A stretch of 63,172 nt of DNA, filler included, from Collodictyon triciliatum (lineage: Eukaryota): the NCBI GenBank assembly GCA_043381765.1. It is 6 parts of 5 records of this genome, joined end to end, with 100 filler letters (N's around TTAATTAATTAA, not from the genome) between each part and the next. Parts side by side here need not be neighbours in the genome. Positions count along the whole stretch, not along the records: positions 1 to 18,260 come from JBHJMP010001883.1; positions 18,361 to 28,544 come from JBHJMP010001884.1; 4 more parts are not named here. One strand, given 5' to 3'. Below are positions 1 through 18,718 of this stretch, piece after piece. Under the pieces are notes generated by a model, which was given only the letters and a program-made list of their open reading frames with translations, was not told where the DNA came from and ran no database searches. Positions within the stretch are counted from its first letter, which is position 1; every line of letters starts with the position of its first letter. Both the position numbers and the translations under genes were made by a program.

Positions 1-195
1 ACTTGTCGCGGGTGGATGCATCATTCAACTTTCTAGTTGCTCTGCGTCTTGTTGCTTTGGAGCAATCAAATATGCTGCAGGTTTCAAATTGCATATATTC
101 CATTACTGGGTGAGTTAAAATTCGTTCATGTGATAATTACATCACTCAAAAAACAGGTCAAACAAATTAAAAACCTGTACATCAACAACAGAGAA

Positions 196-614
196 AGTTC
201 ATTACCAGGGTCCTAAATGATCAAAACCTACCTAAAAGTATCGAGGCTATATCAAGAACTCATCTGTCCAAGGTATACACAAATCACATCAAATCAAATA
301 TCAATAATACATCTGATTTAGCATATCTGATAATTTTTCCATTCTAATTTTTCTTCTGGTGTTATACTTTCCACAGATATTGAACCAGATGAAAGATGAA
401 ATCAAGGTTTTTTTTCCTGGAATTCGATACGCATATATTAGTCTATAATTCAATACTTAGGGCTTTTTTTCCAGCGCGTGTTTTTTTATTCATATAAATT
501 TCTATAGGAACCACAGGTATCGGGTATGGAAGAAGGAGGCGTTATGATGAATCTTCAATTGCTTCAAAACTGTGAAATCACGATATTGAATTCCTTGATA
601 GAGGAGTACAAATA
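196..614 (+). CDS. 3' exons of an unidentified gene (partial)
   Basis: GT-AG bounded segments splice in frame: RKFITRVLNDQNLPKSIEAISRTHLSK | ILNQMKDEIK | EPQVSGMEEGG...IEEYK*. No family recognised; boundaries approximate. Confidence 0.3.
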
Positions 615-1380
615 AAACCATGTTAATAAAAGAGATGCGTTTAACCATCAGGCAATTACTCAGAATGGTGTGTAAACACACACTGCTTCTAAAATTAGAA
701 AATAAACAACATAACCCGTAATATACGCACAAATACAACTATCATTTTTTTTCTTACAGTCCTCACGAACATATATATTAGGACGCCAAAAAAATTATAC
801 AAGTATCCTACATCATTATGTTCAGGTGCGCTGTACTGTGTCATAAAAGAAATACATTTATTGACGTATGAATCTTATCGATGAATCAATAAATTAATCA
901 TCATTTTTTCTTTCTGTGATTCACCCCATAAATCATGTCAGCCAATAAAATGGGTTTCGTCAAGGTGGCTCCCTATCTACAAACAGCGCATAATCTTATC
1001 ATATATTTTAGCAACTAGATGCACGTGCGGTTTTGAAGGAAACATACTTTCGTCATTGTTACGTATTTTTTTTTCTTTCGAGGACATCAGGAGTTTTCAA
1101 GAGACACCCAGAGGCACCAGAAAGCGCTATGCCACCAGAATCTGCAGACAACTGTGCGTTCTTCCCTATATCAAATTCGGAATTTATAATGTATGAATAT
1201 AAAAATAGGTACATAATAATATTTATATTTTGCATTAATTTAAATATATACTTAACATCAATTTTAATTATAGTAATTATAATGCTGTGTGCGCCAAAAT
1301 TTAATGTACCATATTGATTTATTTCGTAATGCTAAATTACGTTACATTTCGCTGATAATGATGCAGTTATCACATGTAAA

Positions 1381-1388
1381 TGACGTCA
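1381..1388. promoter_or_regulatory. CRE/bZIP-type palindrome TGACGTCA upstream of the desaturase
   Basis: Perfect palindrome ~280 bp upstream of ATG 1663, with a (TA)n tract near 1467. Function is inferred only. Confidence 0.2.
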
Positions 1389-1662
1389 CTTAAAGTCCGT
1401 AATCAAAGTACAAATGCGGCCACCAACTCCCTCTTTTGGAAGAGCAAAAACATACGAGCAGCAGGTATATATATATGCCACCGCAGGCCTGTGCTTCCAT
1501 TAATAATTTTGATTACTGATCATCAACCAACGTCTGAACAATTAAGAGCCACACAATAACCTTCATAAAGCCTAGACAAACAGACTTGAATGACACCACA
1601 AAGTAATCCATCACTCACATATTCATAATCCAGATATCCAACACCCCACAAAACCCACCACC

Positions 1663-3354
1663 ATGACTGGGCCTGCAAGCGCAGCGAAGACGACGCTCAA
1701 TCTCCATAAGCGAGAGACTAAGAGCAAGGCAGACTCGCAAACGCCCCAGCTCTACCAAGGCGACATAGACACTATTGCCGAGCCTGTCACTGACGAGGAT
1801 TTCAGCGAGGTACATATTTAATTTCAGTTTTGATATCACCACCAACCGTAATATATATTCTAGAAAGCATTCAAAACCGCAAATCGCTCATCGAAAAATG
1901 ACATGATATACGCATCCGATTGCTTGGCTTAATGTGCAATTTTTTTTTTATAGGACTACAAAAACTTTAAAGGCATGCGCCGTCGCGAGCTGACCGACCT
2001 TTTCGACAAGGAGTTCCTCGACTTTGGATACTGGCTTCGCAAGGAGATCGGCAAAAAGTACACACGCTCCGATTTCCAGCGCATCAACCAGTACGAGTCC
2101 ATGGTCACATACTTTCAGTTTATCTTGCTGATTGTTTCGTACATCGCCCTCTTCACATTCGCGGACGAGTATCGCTACATATGGCGCATCCCTCTGTTCG
2201 TGTTGGCTGTCATTATCTTCCAGAATGAGCAGATGGTCCACACCAGGATGCACTGGGCCGGCGACATGACTGGCTGCAAGGCTTTTGATATCTTTATCGA
2301 CTCTACCATTATGATGTTGACAGGGTTCTCCAAGGAAGCTTTCCGTCGCCGCCACGTTGATGAACATATGGCGGACATCAGCAACGTTGCCCGTCTGTTT
2401 GGCGAGGCGTGGCTGCCGTTCTTGGACTTGCCAGCAATCTGGTATCTGCGTCCTTTCGACCTCGTTCGCCTGCTGCTGGATGAGAAGCGCTGCAAGCAGT
2501 TTGAATTCAGCCGCCACCAACTGCTTGTCGAGGCCGTGGGACTCTACACATACTTGATTTGCGTAGGGTTGGAGTTGTACATCGGGTCCAACTTCCTGCT
2601 GTGCTACCACCTTGTTCCCATGATGCTCGTGATGACAGCACGTTTGATGACAGGCATGTTCACACACTCTGGCATAGACCGCCGCAACAGCTTCAACGCA
2701 TGCGGACTTTTTGACCATCGCGACGCCAAGGGACTGTTCAAGGTGACCGTATGGTGGATTAACCTGCTCACCGACTGGGGTCTGAGTAACCACAGCATCC
2801 ATCACGGCCACGCCCAATGCCCCGTTTCCATCGTCAACAAAAATATCCGTCAAATCAACAAGCACATTCTGGAGAACTACAAGGACGTCCGCTACAACCG
2901 TGTCTTGTCGCATGAAACACACAAGGAGCTGCTGGAGTCGCTTCCCGAGCCCAAGTGGTACCACTACGTCATTCAATTTATTGTTACCAACACAGCCATG
3001 TTTTTGACGTCGCTGACCATCCTGGGAGTCGATATCTCGCCAATCGTCTTTGAGCTGGCCATGGTCGACTACCGCGCGTTCATCTACTCCACCAAGGCGC
3101 AGCGCTATGCCAACTACATAGGGTTGTGGGACTCGATTCACTACAACGACCGAGCAAAAGCCATTCCCAACCCTCATCACTACATGCACTTTATCACAAA
3201 CGGCATTGAGGATATGAAGAAGTACTTGCGAGCAAACCCTCATCTCGCCAAGCCTGTGGCGTATCGCCGCTACGCGCCTGCATGGGTTTACGAGTCGAAT
3301 GGCATCAGCCTTGTTCCACTTGAAAACCACGGAGGCTTCGAGTCTCGCCTATAA
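1663..3354 (+). CDS. Membrane fatty-acid desaturase / His-box di-iron enzyme family protein (exons 1663-1809, 1954-3354)
   Basis: ccaccATG start; phase-0 GT..TAG intron joins in frame to the 459-aa ORF. His boxes HTRMH, RRHVDEH, FTHSG, NHSIHH; several hydrophobic helices. Confidence 0.75.
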
Positions 3355-3745
3355 GCTTATACTCTCTTACTTCTCTTAATCTCCCCCAAATCTCCTTCCT
3401 CTCAGAATATAATTAGAGCTCACCATAGATTCTTTCAGTCGACAAATGCAATCCTAGTAACTTCAAAGGATATTGAACAATAAAGCAAACAGAAACAAAA
3501 AAAGTGTATCTGTATGTTCAAAAGTCGCGGTATCTTTATTTTTAAGCTGGTCAATTCAGTTACAAAACCACAACCTATGACAGCCATGAAGCACTGGGCC
3601 TTGTTCTCTGGAAAACATATTAATTCTTGAGAACGAAGGGCGATCGACTGGCGTGCATGAACTGTCAAAATATGATTTTTGCCTTAGGAAATAGAGTTGC
3701 AGGATTGTTGATCTGTGACGACTCCTTCGCTTATGTATCCATACA

Positions 3746-3866
3746 CAAAACAAAAAACAAAAAACAAAAAACAAAAAACAAAAAACAAAAAACAAAAAAC
3801 AAAAAACAAAAAACAAAAAACAAAAAACAAAAAACAAAAAACAAAAACCAAAAACCAAAAAAACAA
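3746..3866. repeat. (CAAAAAA)n microsatellite
   Basis: Direct inspection. Confidence 0.95.
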
Positions 3867-3890
3867 ACACATACACGAAACAAGCAGGCG

Positions 3891-11923
<8,033 letters not shown>

Positions 11924-11937
11924 GTAGCGGTGATAGC

Positions 11938-12032
<95 letters not shown>

Positions 12033-12428
12033 CNNNNNNNNNNNNNNNNNNNNNNNNNNNNNNNNNNNNNNNNNNNNNNNNNNNNNNNNNNNNNNNNNNN
12101 NNNNNNNNNNNNNNNNNNNNNNNNNNNNNNNNNNNNNNNNNNNNNNNNNNNNNNNNNNNNNNNNNNNNNNNNNNNNNNNNNNNNNNNNNNNNNNNNNNNN
12201 NNNNNNNNNNNNNNNNNNNNNNNNNNNNNNNNNNNNNNNNNNNNNNNNNNNNNNNNNNNNNNNNNNNNNNNNNNNNNNNNNNNNNNNNNNNNNNNNNNNN
12301 NNNNNNNNNNNNNNNNNNNNNNNNNNNNNNNAACAAACAAACAAACAAACAAACAAACAAACAAACAAACAAACAAACAAACAAACAAACAAACAAACAA
12401 ACAAACAAACAAACAAACAAAACAAACA
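11938..12428. repeat. (AAC)n and (AAAC)n tracts flanking an N gap
   Basis: Direct inspection. Confidence 0.9.
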
Positions 12429-12536
12429 AAAAGAGAAAAAAAGACACAGAAAAAGAATAAACACCATAACAAAACAAAGCAAAAACAAAGCAAAGCAACA
12501 AGATAAAGGGACACACCACAGGAAAGCAACCCGCCC

Positions 12537-14886
12537 ATGCAGGAGAGCCAGTCGGAGTGGCCCCGAACGCCGGCCGACACATCCTACGATCCGGAGCGGT
12601 ACATCTCGCTGGAGCCGCCTGCTGCGCTCGGACGGGGGCGCCTGACGGCGGTGCTGTGTGCGCTGCATCTGGTGTGCGGGACGCAACTGGCGCCGCTGGT
12701 GGTGACGGCGTTCCTGCTTGTGCCGCTGCACCGGGAGTTCTCGCCGCCGCTTTGGCTGCTTGCGCTCGTGCCGGTGGCGCAGCTGCTTGTGCGGCCGTGC
12801 GCGCTGCCGCCGGTGCTGCGCCTGGTGGGGCCGCACTCCCTGGGCGCACGACGCGTGCCGCGGGCGATGCTGGGCGCAAGCGTGGCGTGCTGCGGGGCAC
12901 TTGCGGCGCTGGGCGTGGCGCCGTGCATCGGGGCGTGCGTGGCGGCGGCGGCGGGGGTGGGGCTGGCCTCGGCCGCCTCGCTGAGCCTCGCACGCCACGC
13001 GCTGGCCGACTACGCCGCCGCCGCCGCCGCCACGCGCCTGTCGGACCGCATCCACGTCGCCGCCGTCGTCCTGGGCGCCTGCGGGCTGGCGGTCGGCCTC
13101 GGCCACGTGACCCTGGTGTCCGCCGACCCGGCCGCGCTGCTCTTTGTCCTCGCCCCGCATGTGCGCGCGCGCATCGACCGCTACCGCTCGGCCTGCCTGC
13201 TGCTCGCCGCCCTCGCGCTCCTCGCCGCCCTCGCCGCCGGCCTGCTGCTCCCCCGCCCCTCCCCCGCCCGATGGTTCCAGCTGCTCCTCTCCCCCCGCTC
13301 CCCCATGCTCCACTCCTCCCTCGCCTCCTGCATCGACCCCGCCGGGCCCCACGCCCACTTCCCCGCCCATCGCTCCCCCATCGCCGAAAATCCCGCCTAC
13401 GGCATCCCCTCCCTCGACCTGCTCTCCTCCCACGGCACCGCGGGCTTGGACGTGCGGAATACCGCGTGGCTCAGTGCTGCCGGTCGCTCTCCCCTGCTGT
13501 CCGGCGCGGCGCATTCTCCTCGCATGTACGCGCCTTCCATCGATGAGCGTCTTGTGTATGCGCCTCATTCTGGGTCGGCCTTGGCTGCGTTGTTGCCGAA
13601 TCGCACGCTTCAATTGGCCGTCTTTATGGTCAGTATTCCATCCGTCCTATGTCGTTTATATGCCGATAGTTTCTTTCGCTTCTTTATTTTTGAATCGTAT
13701 TAATTTTTATTCATTTATTTATTTTGATAATAAAGGGTACCATGGGTAGCTTCTTCTATCGGGCCATGGTGTTTTTCCCGTTTTCTCTGATGTATAACAG
13801 GGTGAATGTGTATACCATTGGGTTGGCGGTGGGGTTTTATTACATTGGCGCCTCGCTTGGTGGGATTGCGGGGAGGATGATTGTGACGAGGTTTCAACAT
13901 GATTTGCAAAGTGTAAAGAGGGTCTTATTGGTCGGGTTGTGTGCGCTGACATTGATGATCCCTCTAACTTATCTCAATATTGTCCTGCTTCCAAATTCGT
14001 CCGAGTCCGTTGCATGGATACTCCCCATAACATCGTTTCTATTTTCATTCATCCCAAATACTACACTTGAAGCGATAGTCTTGTTTTCCATTTGTTTCTC
14101 AGTTCCACCTCAGGTATGAACACACGAGTCTATGTAATGTAATGTAATGTATGTATGTATGTATGTATGTATGTATGTATGTATGTATGTATGTATGTAT
14201 GTATGTATGTATGTATGTATGTATGTATGTATGTATGTATGTATGTATGTATCCGCGATTGTGATTTGCAATCCTTGGTTTTGAAACTTTATCTGATCTC
14301 CTAATCAAGCATGAACGTAGCTTTACGACCAAGCCTCATTCTGGGATGTCATGATAGAAGACTTTTTCAGTTCTGCTGGACCTATGCTTGTCGCTCTAAT
14401 CACTGAATACGTAATGTTTTTTTTTTTTTTTTTACGTTTTTCATTTTCATTTTTAGTATTCTCGTACTGTTATTTTCCGTTACAGGGCATTTGTTTAATT
14501 TCATCGTTCAAAAGAAAGAAAGAAAGATAAAACTTTGTCTTTTACCTAATCACACATTAATTTTTTTTTGTTAGTATGGCTTTTCGAAAGAAGTGAACCC
14601 ATTGAGCGATTTTAACGACGATGAACTTGAAGATGTAAAATATCATCCTTTCAAATACGCTCGCATATTAATTACATGGTACACATATTATTTTTTTTTT
14701 AATCAGCCATTCACAACAGTCTTTCAAAGTCCTCTTGAATAATTGTAGAATGCAGTTTCACTACAGCGCGGAATATTCTGGCTTTCCACGGTTTGTTGGA
14801 CACTCGCAGTGCTCGGAGGAATAGCACTATATCGGACAAAGAGCTTGAAAATAATCATCGACAACCCAAGCTTGCCCATTTTTTAA
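12537..14886 (+). CDS. MFS transporter, spinster-like (divergent), 6 exons
   Basis: Many hydrophobic helices; spliced C-terminal half reads SVPWVASS..., IGASLGGIAG, FSSAGPMLVALITEY-YGF...NAVSLQRGIFWL...*, resembling plant/protist spinster-like MFS proteins. Confidence 0.55.
14147..14252. repeat. (ATGT)n intronic microsatellite
   Basis: Direct inspection. Confidence 0.95.
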
Positions 14887-15287
14887 GTACTTCTGCATAG
14901 CAAAACTGTCTTTCAGTTCACAAACCAAAGAAATAGATGCGCGCAGCCTAATTGGATTCCAAAATAATAAAATACTTTAATATTCTAATGATATATGCAT
15001 TTCTATGTCATGAATCTATTTTACTTTCATATTGAGGTACATAAACTAGTGATGCATACTAATCCTTCATTTTCATTTTTTGTTTTGTTTTGTTTTGTTA
15101 TTCTCGTCCCTCTGTTAATTATGAAGGTGCTCTTGTAGTATAAATTTTTTTTTATTTGTTGGGCAATTAACTGATTACACTATGTTTACTTTATTTTGAA
15201 GAGATGGAAAATGAAGGAAAGACGGAAAAATATAAAAGAAGTTTGCTGAATCCTAAAATTGAATATTTATAAATGAATCTTAGCAGA

Positions 15288-15288
<1 letters not shown>

Positions 15289-15383
<95 letters not shown>

Positions 15384-15395
15384 GCTATTATTATT
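15289..15395. repeat. (ATT)n microsatellite
   Basis: Direct inspection. Confidence 0.95.
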
Positions 15396-15795
15396 TTAGA
15401 GAATAACTCATGAAAACGGCTGCTTATATCTATAGTTTTATCATTTTTTTATTGTCATTTTTAGAAAAAAGATAGTCAGAGCAGGGTCCAAGGAAAAAGA
15501 GAAAAGACAGAAAGAAAGAAAAAAGAAGAAAGCCCTATATTTACTAAATTTTAACTTAACTTTTAAAAATTACCAGATATTTGCATACTCTCTCTGAGAT
15601 AAGCACGGCCACCAATCGGAGGGTAATCCTTAAATGCATTTTTTTTTTAATCAGATGAAACGATACCCAGTCGAATTTAAAATTAAGAGCATAATTGGGT
15701 AACCATAGTTCTATTTCAATGTTGTGTTCTCTCTTTTTTATCATACCCACTTTCAAACAGAAAGCGAGAAAAAGAAGAAAAAAGAAGAGTATTCG

Positions 15796-17342
15796 ATGCA
15801 AGCGGCACGCTCCCTGACCAGACTTCCGCATGTCGTTGCGCCCATACGCCGCTTCGCAAATCTGCCCGCGTGGACATCATCGCTGCCCATCGAGCCCTTG
15901 CACCAAGGCCTGCTGCATATCCACCAACAAACCGGGCTTCCCTGGTGGCTGACTCTGGCCGCATCAACCCTAACTCTCCGCCTTTCCCTCCTTCCGCTAA
16001 CCATCCTATCCGTGCGAAACTCTCTTCGACTCGGCCCGCTTTTCCAAGCCATCTCTGTAATATCGCGTCCTTCAGAAGGCACATCGCCAAAGTCCAAAAG
16101 CGAGCAAACCCCAACGCAGACCCAAAACCCTGCTGCCCAACTCGCCCAGCATTTGCATCCAGTTCATCGGAAAAGCCTCCTGGCTGATGTTGTGAACTCT
16201 GCATTTCGACGGAGCGATGTTCTCGTTGCACTATTTGGCTCGGTCAGCAGCATTCTAGTGCATCTCCCAGCCTTTGCCACCATGAGTTTCACCGTTCGGG
16301 CACTGGTGGATGCTGGCTCTACTGCACAGGAGAGTCCCTCGTCTACCTACACGAATGACTTACTTGCACTTCAGACGGAGGGTCTTGCCTGGTTTACAGA
16401 TCTCACAATCCCAGACATGTACTACACATTGCCCATGGTCAATGCAGGAATCCTTTTGTTTAACGCACACCGCGCTTTTGGAGCCAACGGGCCGAGATGG
16501 CTGCTTCGCCTTACACAGGTCTCGGCCATGTTTCCTCTGCTTTTCGCGCAGCAGCTGCCGTCGGGTGTGTACTGGTACTGGTGCCTCTCAACGTTCTACA
16601 CCACACTGCAGTCATCGCTGATGAAGACATCGTTCATGCGCGAAAAAATTACTGCCGGGTGAATAGATGCTCATTCCCACAATCTCACATACAACACAAT
16701 ATGTAAAGTAAGCGAGACACCACCCTTGAATCATCCTCTATTGCCAAACATCGCCCAGAAAACCAAAATCCACCATCTCGTCTTCGCACTAGGCTCAGCC
16801 CAATACCAGTCTCGGACATCATCCAAAAGTCGCCCACTTTGAAGATCATCGAAGAGAGCTATCAGTCCGAGCTGAATCGCATCCAGCAATACATCAATGA
16901 AAAGATGCAAGTCCCGGCCAGCGAGAGAGACGGCTTCCAATCACTCGATGACATCAACCAGTATTTGCAGAGCGAATATGCCCACGGCAGAATCTCTTTC
17001 CCACTCCAAGCAGCCAAGGTGACATCTGCAGCCGGCAGCGAGTCCATCGTCTTGGCTCTCAAGTCGCAGCTGAAGCAGGCGCTGGACAAAAACGTCCAGC
17101 AGATGTATGTAAAGTATCAGGCGGATTTGCAGACGGTGCAGTCTTTGCTTACACCTTTCATGGACGGCTCGAAGACGCCATCGCCGCAGTTGTGTGAGGA
17201 GATTAATGCTATCCTTGCGCAAGCAAGAGCAGAGAGCAAGATTGCGCATGAATTCCGCGCTGTTGCAGAGCGAACACCAGAAGGAAAGTACGTGATTCAA
17301 GTAGTTTCGGATGTTCAGTTGAAGATGGCGAAAAAATCATAA
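15796..17342 (+). CDS. Mitochondrial inner-membrane insertase, Oxa1/Cox18 (YidC) family; exons 15796-16658, 16793-17342
   Basis: Arg-rich presequence; GLPWWLTLAASTLTLRLSLLPL, EGLAWFTDLTIPD..YTLP, LPSGVYWYW motifs; phase-2 GT-AG intron joins the 167-aa downstream ORF in frame. Confidence 0.85.
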
Positions 17343-17390
17343 AAGCTTCTCTTGCGGTCATCGGATATTTCCATGGGTGCATTTCGAAAA

Positions 17391-17489
17391 TAATAGTAAT
17401 AGTAATAGTAATAGTAATAGTAATAGTAATAGTAATAGTAATAGTAATAGTAATAGTAATAGTAATAGTAATAGTAATAGTAATAGTAA
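17391..17489. repeat. (AGTAAT)n microsatellite
   Basis: Direct inspection. Confidence 0.95.
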
Positions 17490-17938
17490 TTGGTAGTAGC
17501 AGTAGTAGCAGTAGTAACAGTAGTTGGCAGACGGATTTTTGGACTCTTGATGAATACGCCAATATTATTTCGACTGTTTTACTTATATATCCGATTATTG
17601 AAGGTTTTATTGTATTAGATAAGTTGGATGTTTAATGTGGGTGATTATAGTTTGGGGGGGTCTTTTCTTTCTTTGTGCACTTTTCCATGTGGATGAATTC
17701 CCGACAGTGATGGGGCCGTAGAACATCATCTTTGCCTTGTATTTGTCACCAAAGCGCTCCATCACTGCGAGCCATTCGTTCTTTTTGCGACGCTTGTACA
17801 CTTTGTTGCTAGAAGCGGAGTGCGTGTGAAGGTGGTACAGGCATTGGTTGTCAAGGAGTGCAGCCTGTCATGTTCGCGATTACAAACATACTTTAATACA
17901 CATGTGCCATATCATGTTTTTCGTTTTCACGCCAGAGA

Positions 17939-17983
<45 letters not shown>

Positions 17984-18033
17984 TTTTTTTAAAAAAAAAA
18001 AAAAAAAAAAAAATTGATAAACCCATGCAACAG

Positions 18034-18260
18034 ACCAATCGGGCGAAACCAGAGTCTAAGGGTCTAGATATATTTTCGAGATTGATTATGCCAGTTCAAC
18101 GAATCCCTAGATATATGTTATTGCTTAAGGTAATCATTTATGAACTATGATTACTATATCTCACAACAAATTCTCAATTAATCCATTTTTATATGAATAT
18201 ACCACAGGAATTGGTAGAAAATACGACCAAAGAACACCCTGACTACGAGGCCTTAAAACA
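18034..18260 (+). CDS. RhoGEF Dbl-homology domain fragment (exons 18034-18129, 18208-18260)
   Basis: LIMPVQRIPRYMLLLK | ELVENTTKEHPDYEALK is the DH conserved-region-3 signature; truncated by scaffold end. Confidence 0.8.
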
Positions 18261-18360
18261 NNNNNNNNNNNNNNNNNNNNNNNNNNNNNNNNNNNNNNNN
18301 NNNNTTAATTAATTAANNNNNNNNNNNNNNNNNNNNNNNNNNNNNNNNNNNNNNNNNNNN
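18261..18360. other. Artificial scaffold spacer
   Basis: 44 N + TTAATTAATTAA (stop in all six frames) + 44 N. Confidence 0.95.
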
Positions 18361-18718
18361 AGAAAAGAAAAGAAAAGAAAAGAAAAGAAAAGAAAAGAAA
18401 AGAAAAGAAAAGAAAAGAAAAGAAAAGAAAAGAAAAGAAAAAGAAAAAGAAAAAGAAAAGAAGAGAAAAAGAAAAAGAAAAACAAAGAAGAAAAAGAAAT
18501 GAAAAAGAAATGAAAAAGAAAAAAAGGGAAAATCACACACACAACAGTTATCTTATCCAGTGGTCCTTTTATTCCTTGAACTTTCCTTTGTTCGGAATTG
18601 TGATTTAGATATGCGAGGAATGGCAATATGTGGCGTGGAAAAGAGAAAAGGGCATCTCAGCAATTTTGCTTTTATCCCTATTCTGCTATGTAAACTCGCA
18701 TACCACCAGGAGGTTTTT

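Noticed and set aside
1948..3330. 460-aa antisense ORF over the desaturase
   Set aside because: Shadow of a GC3-rich sense gene; no motifs of its own.
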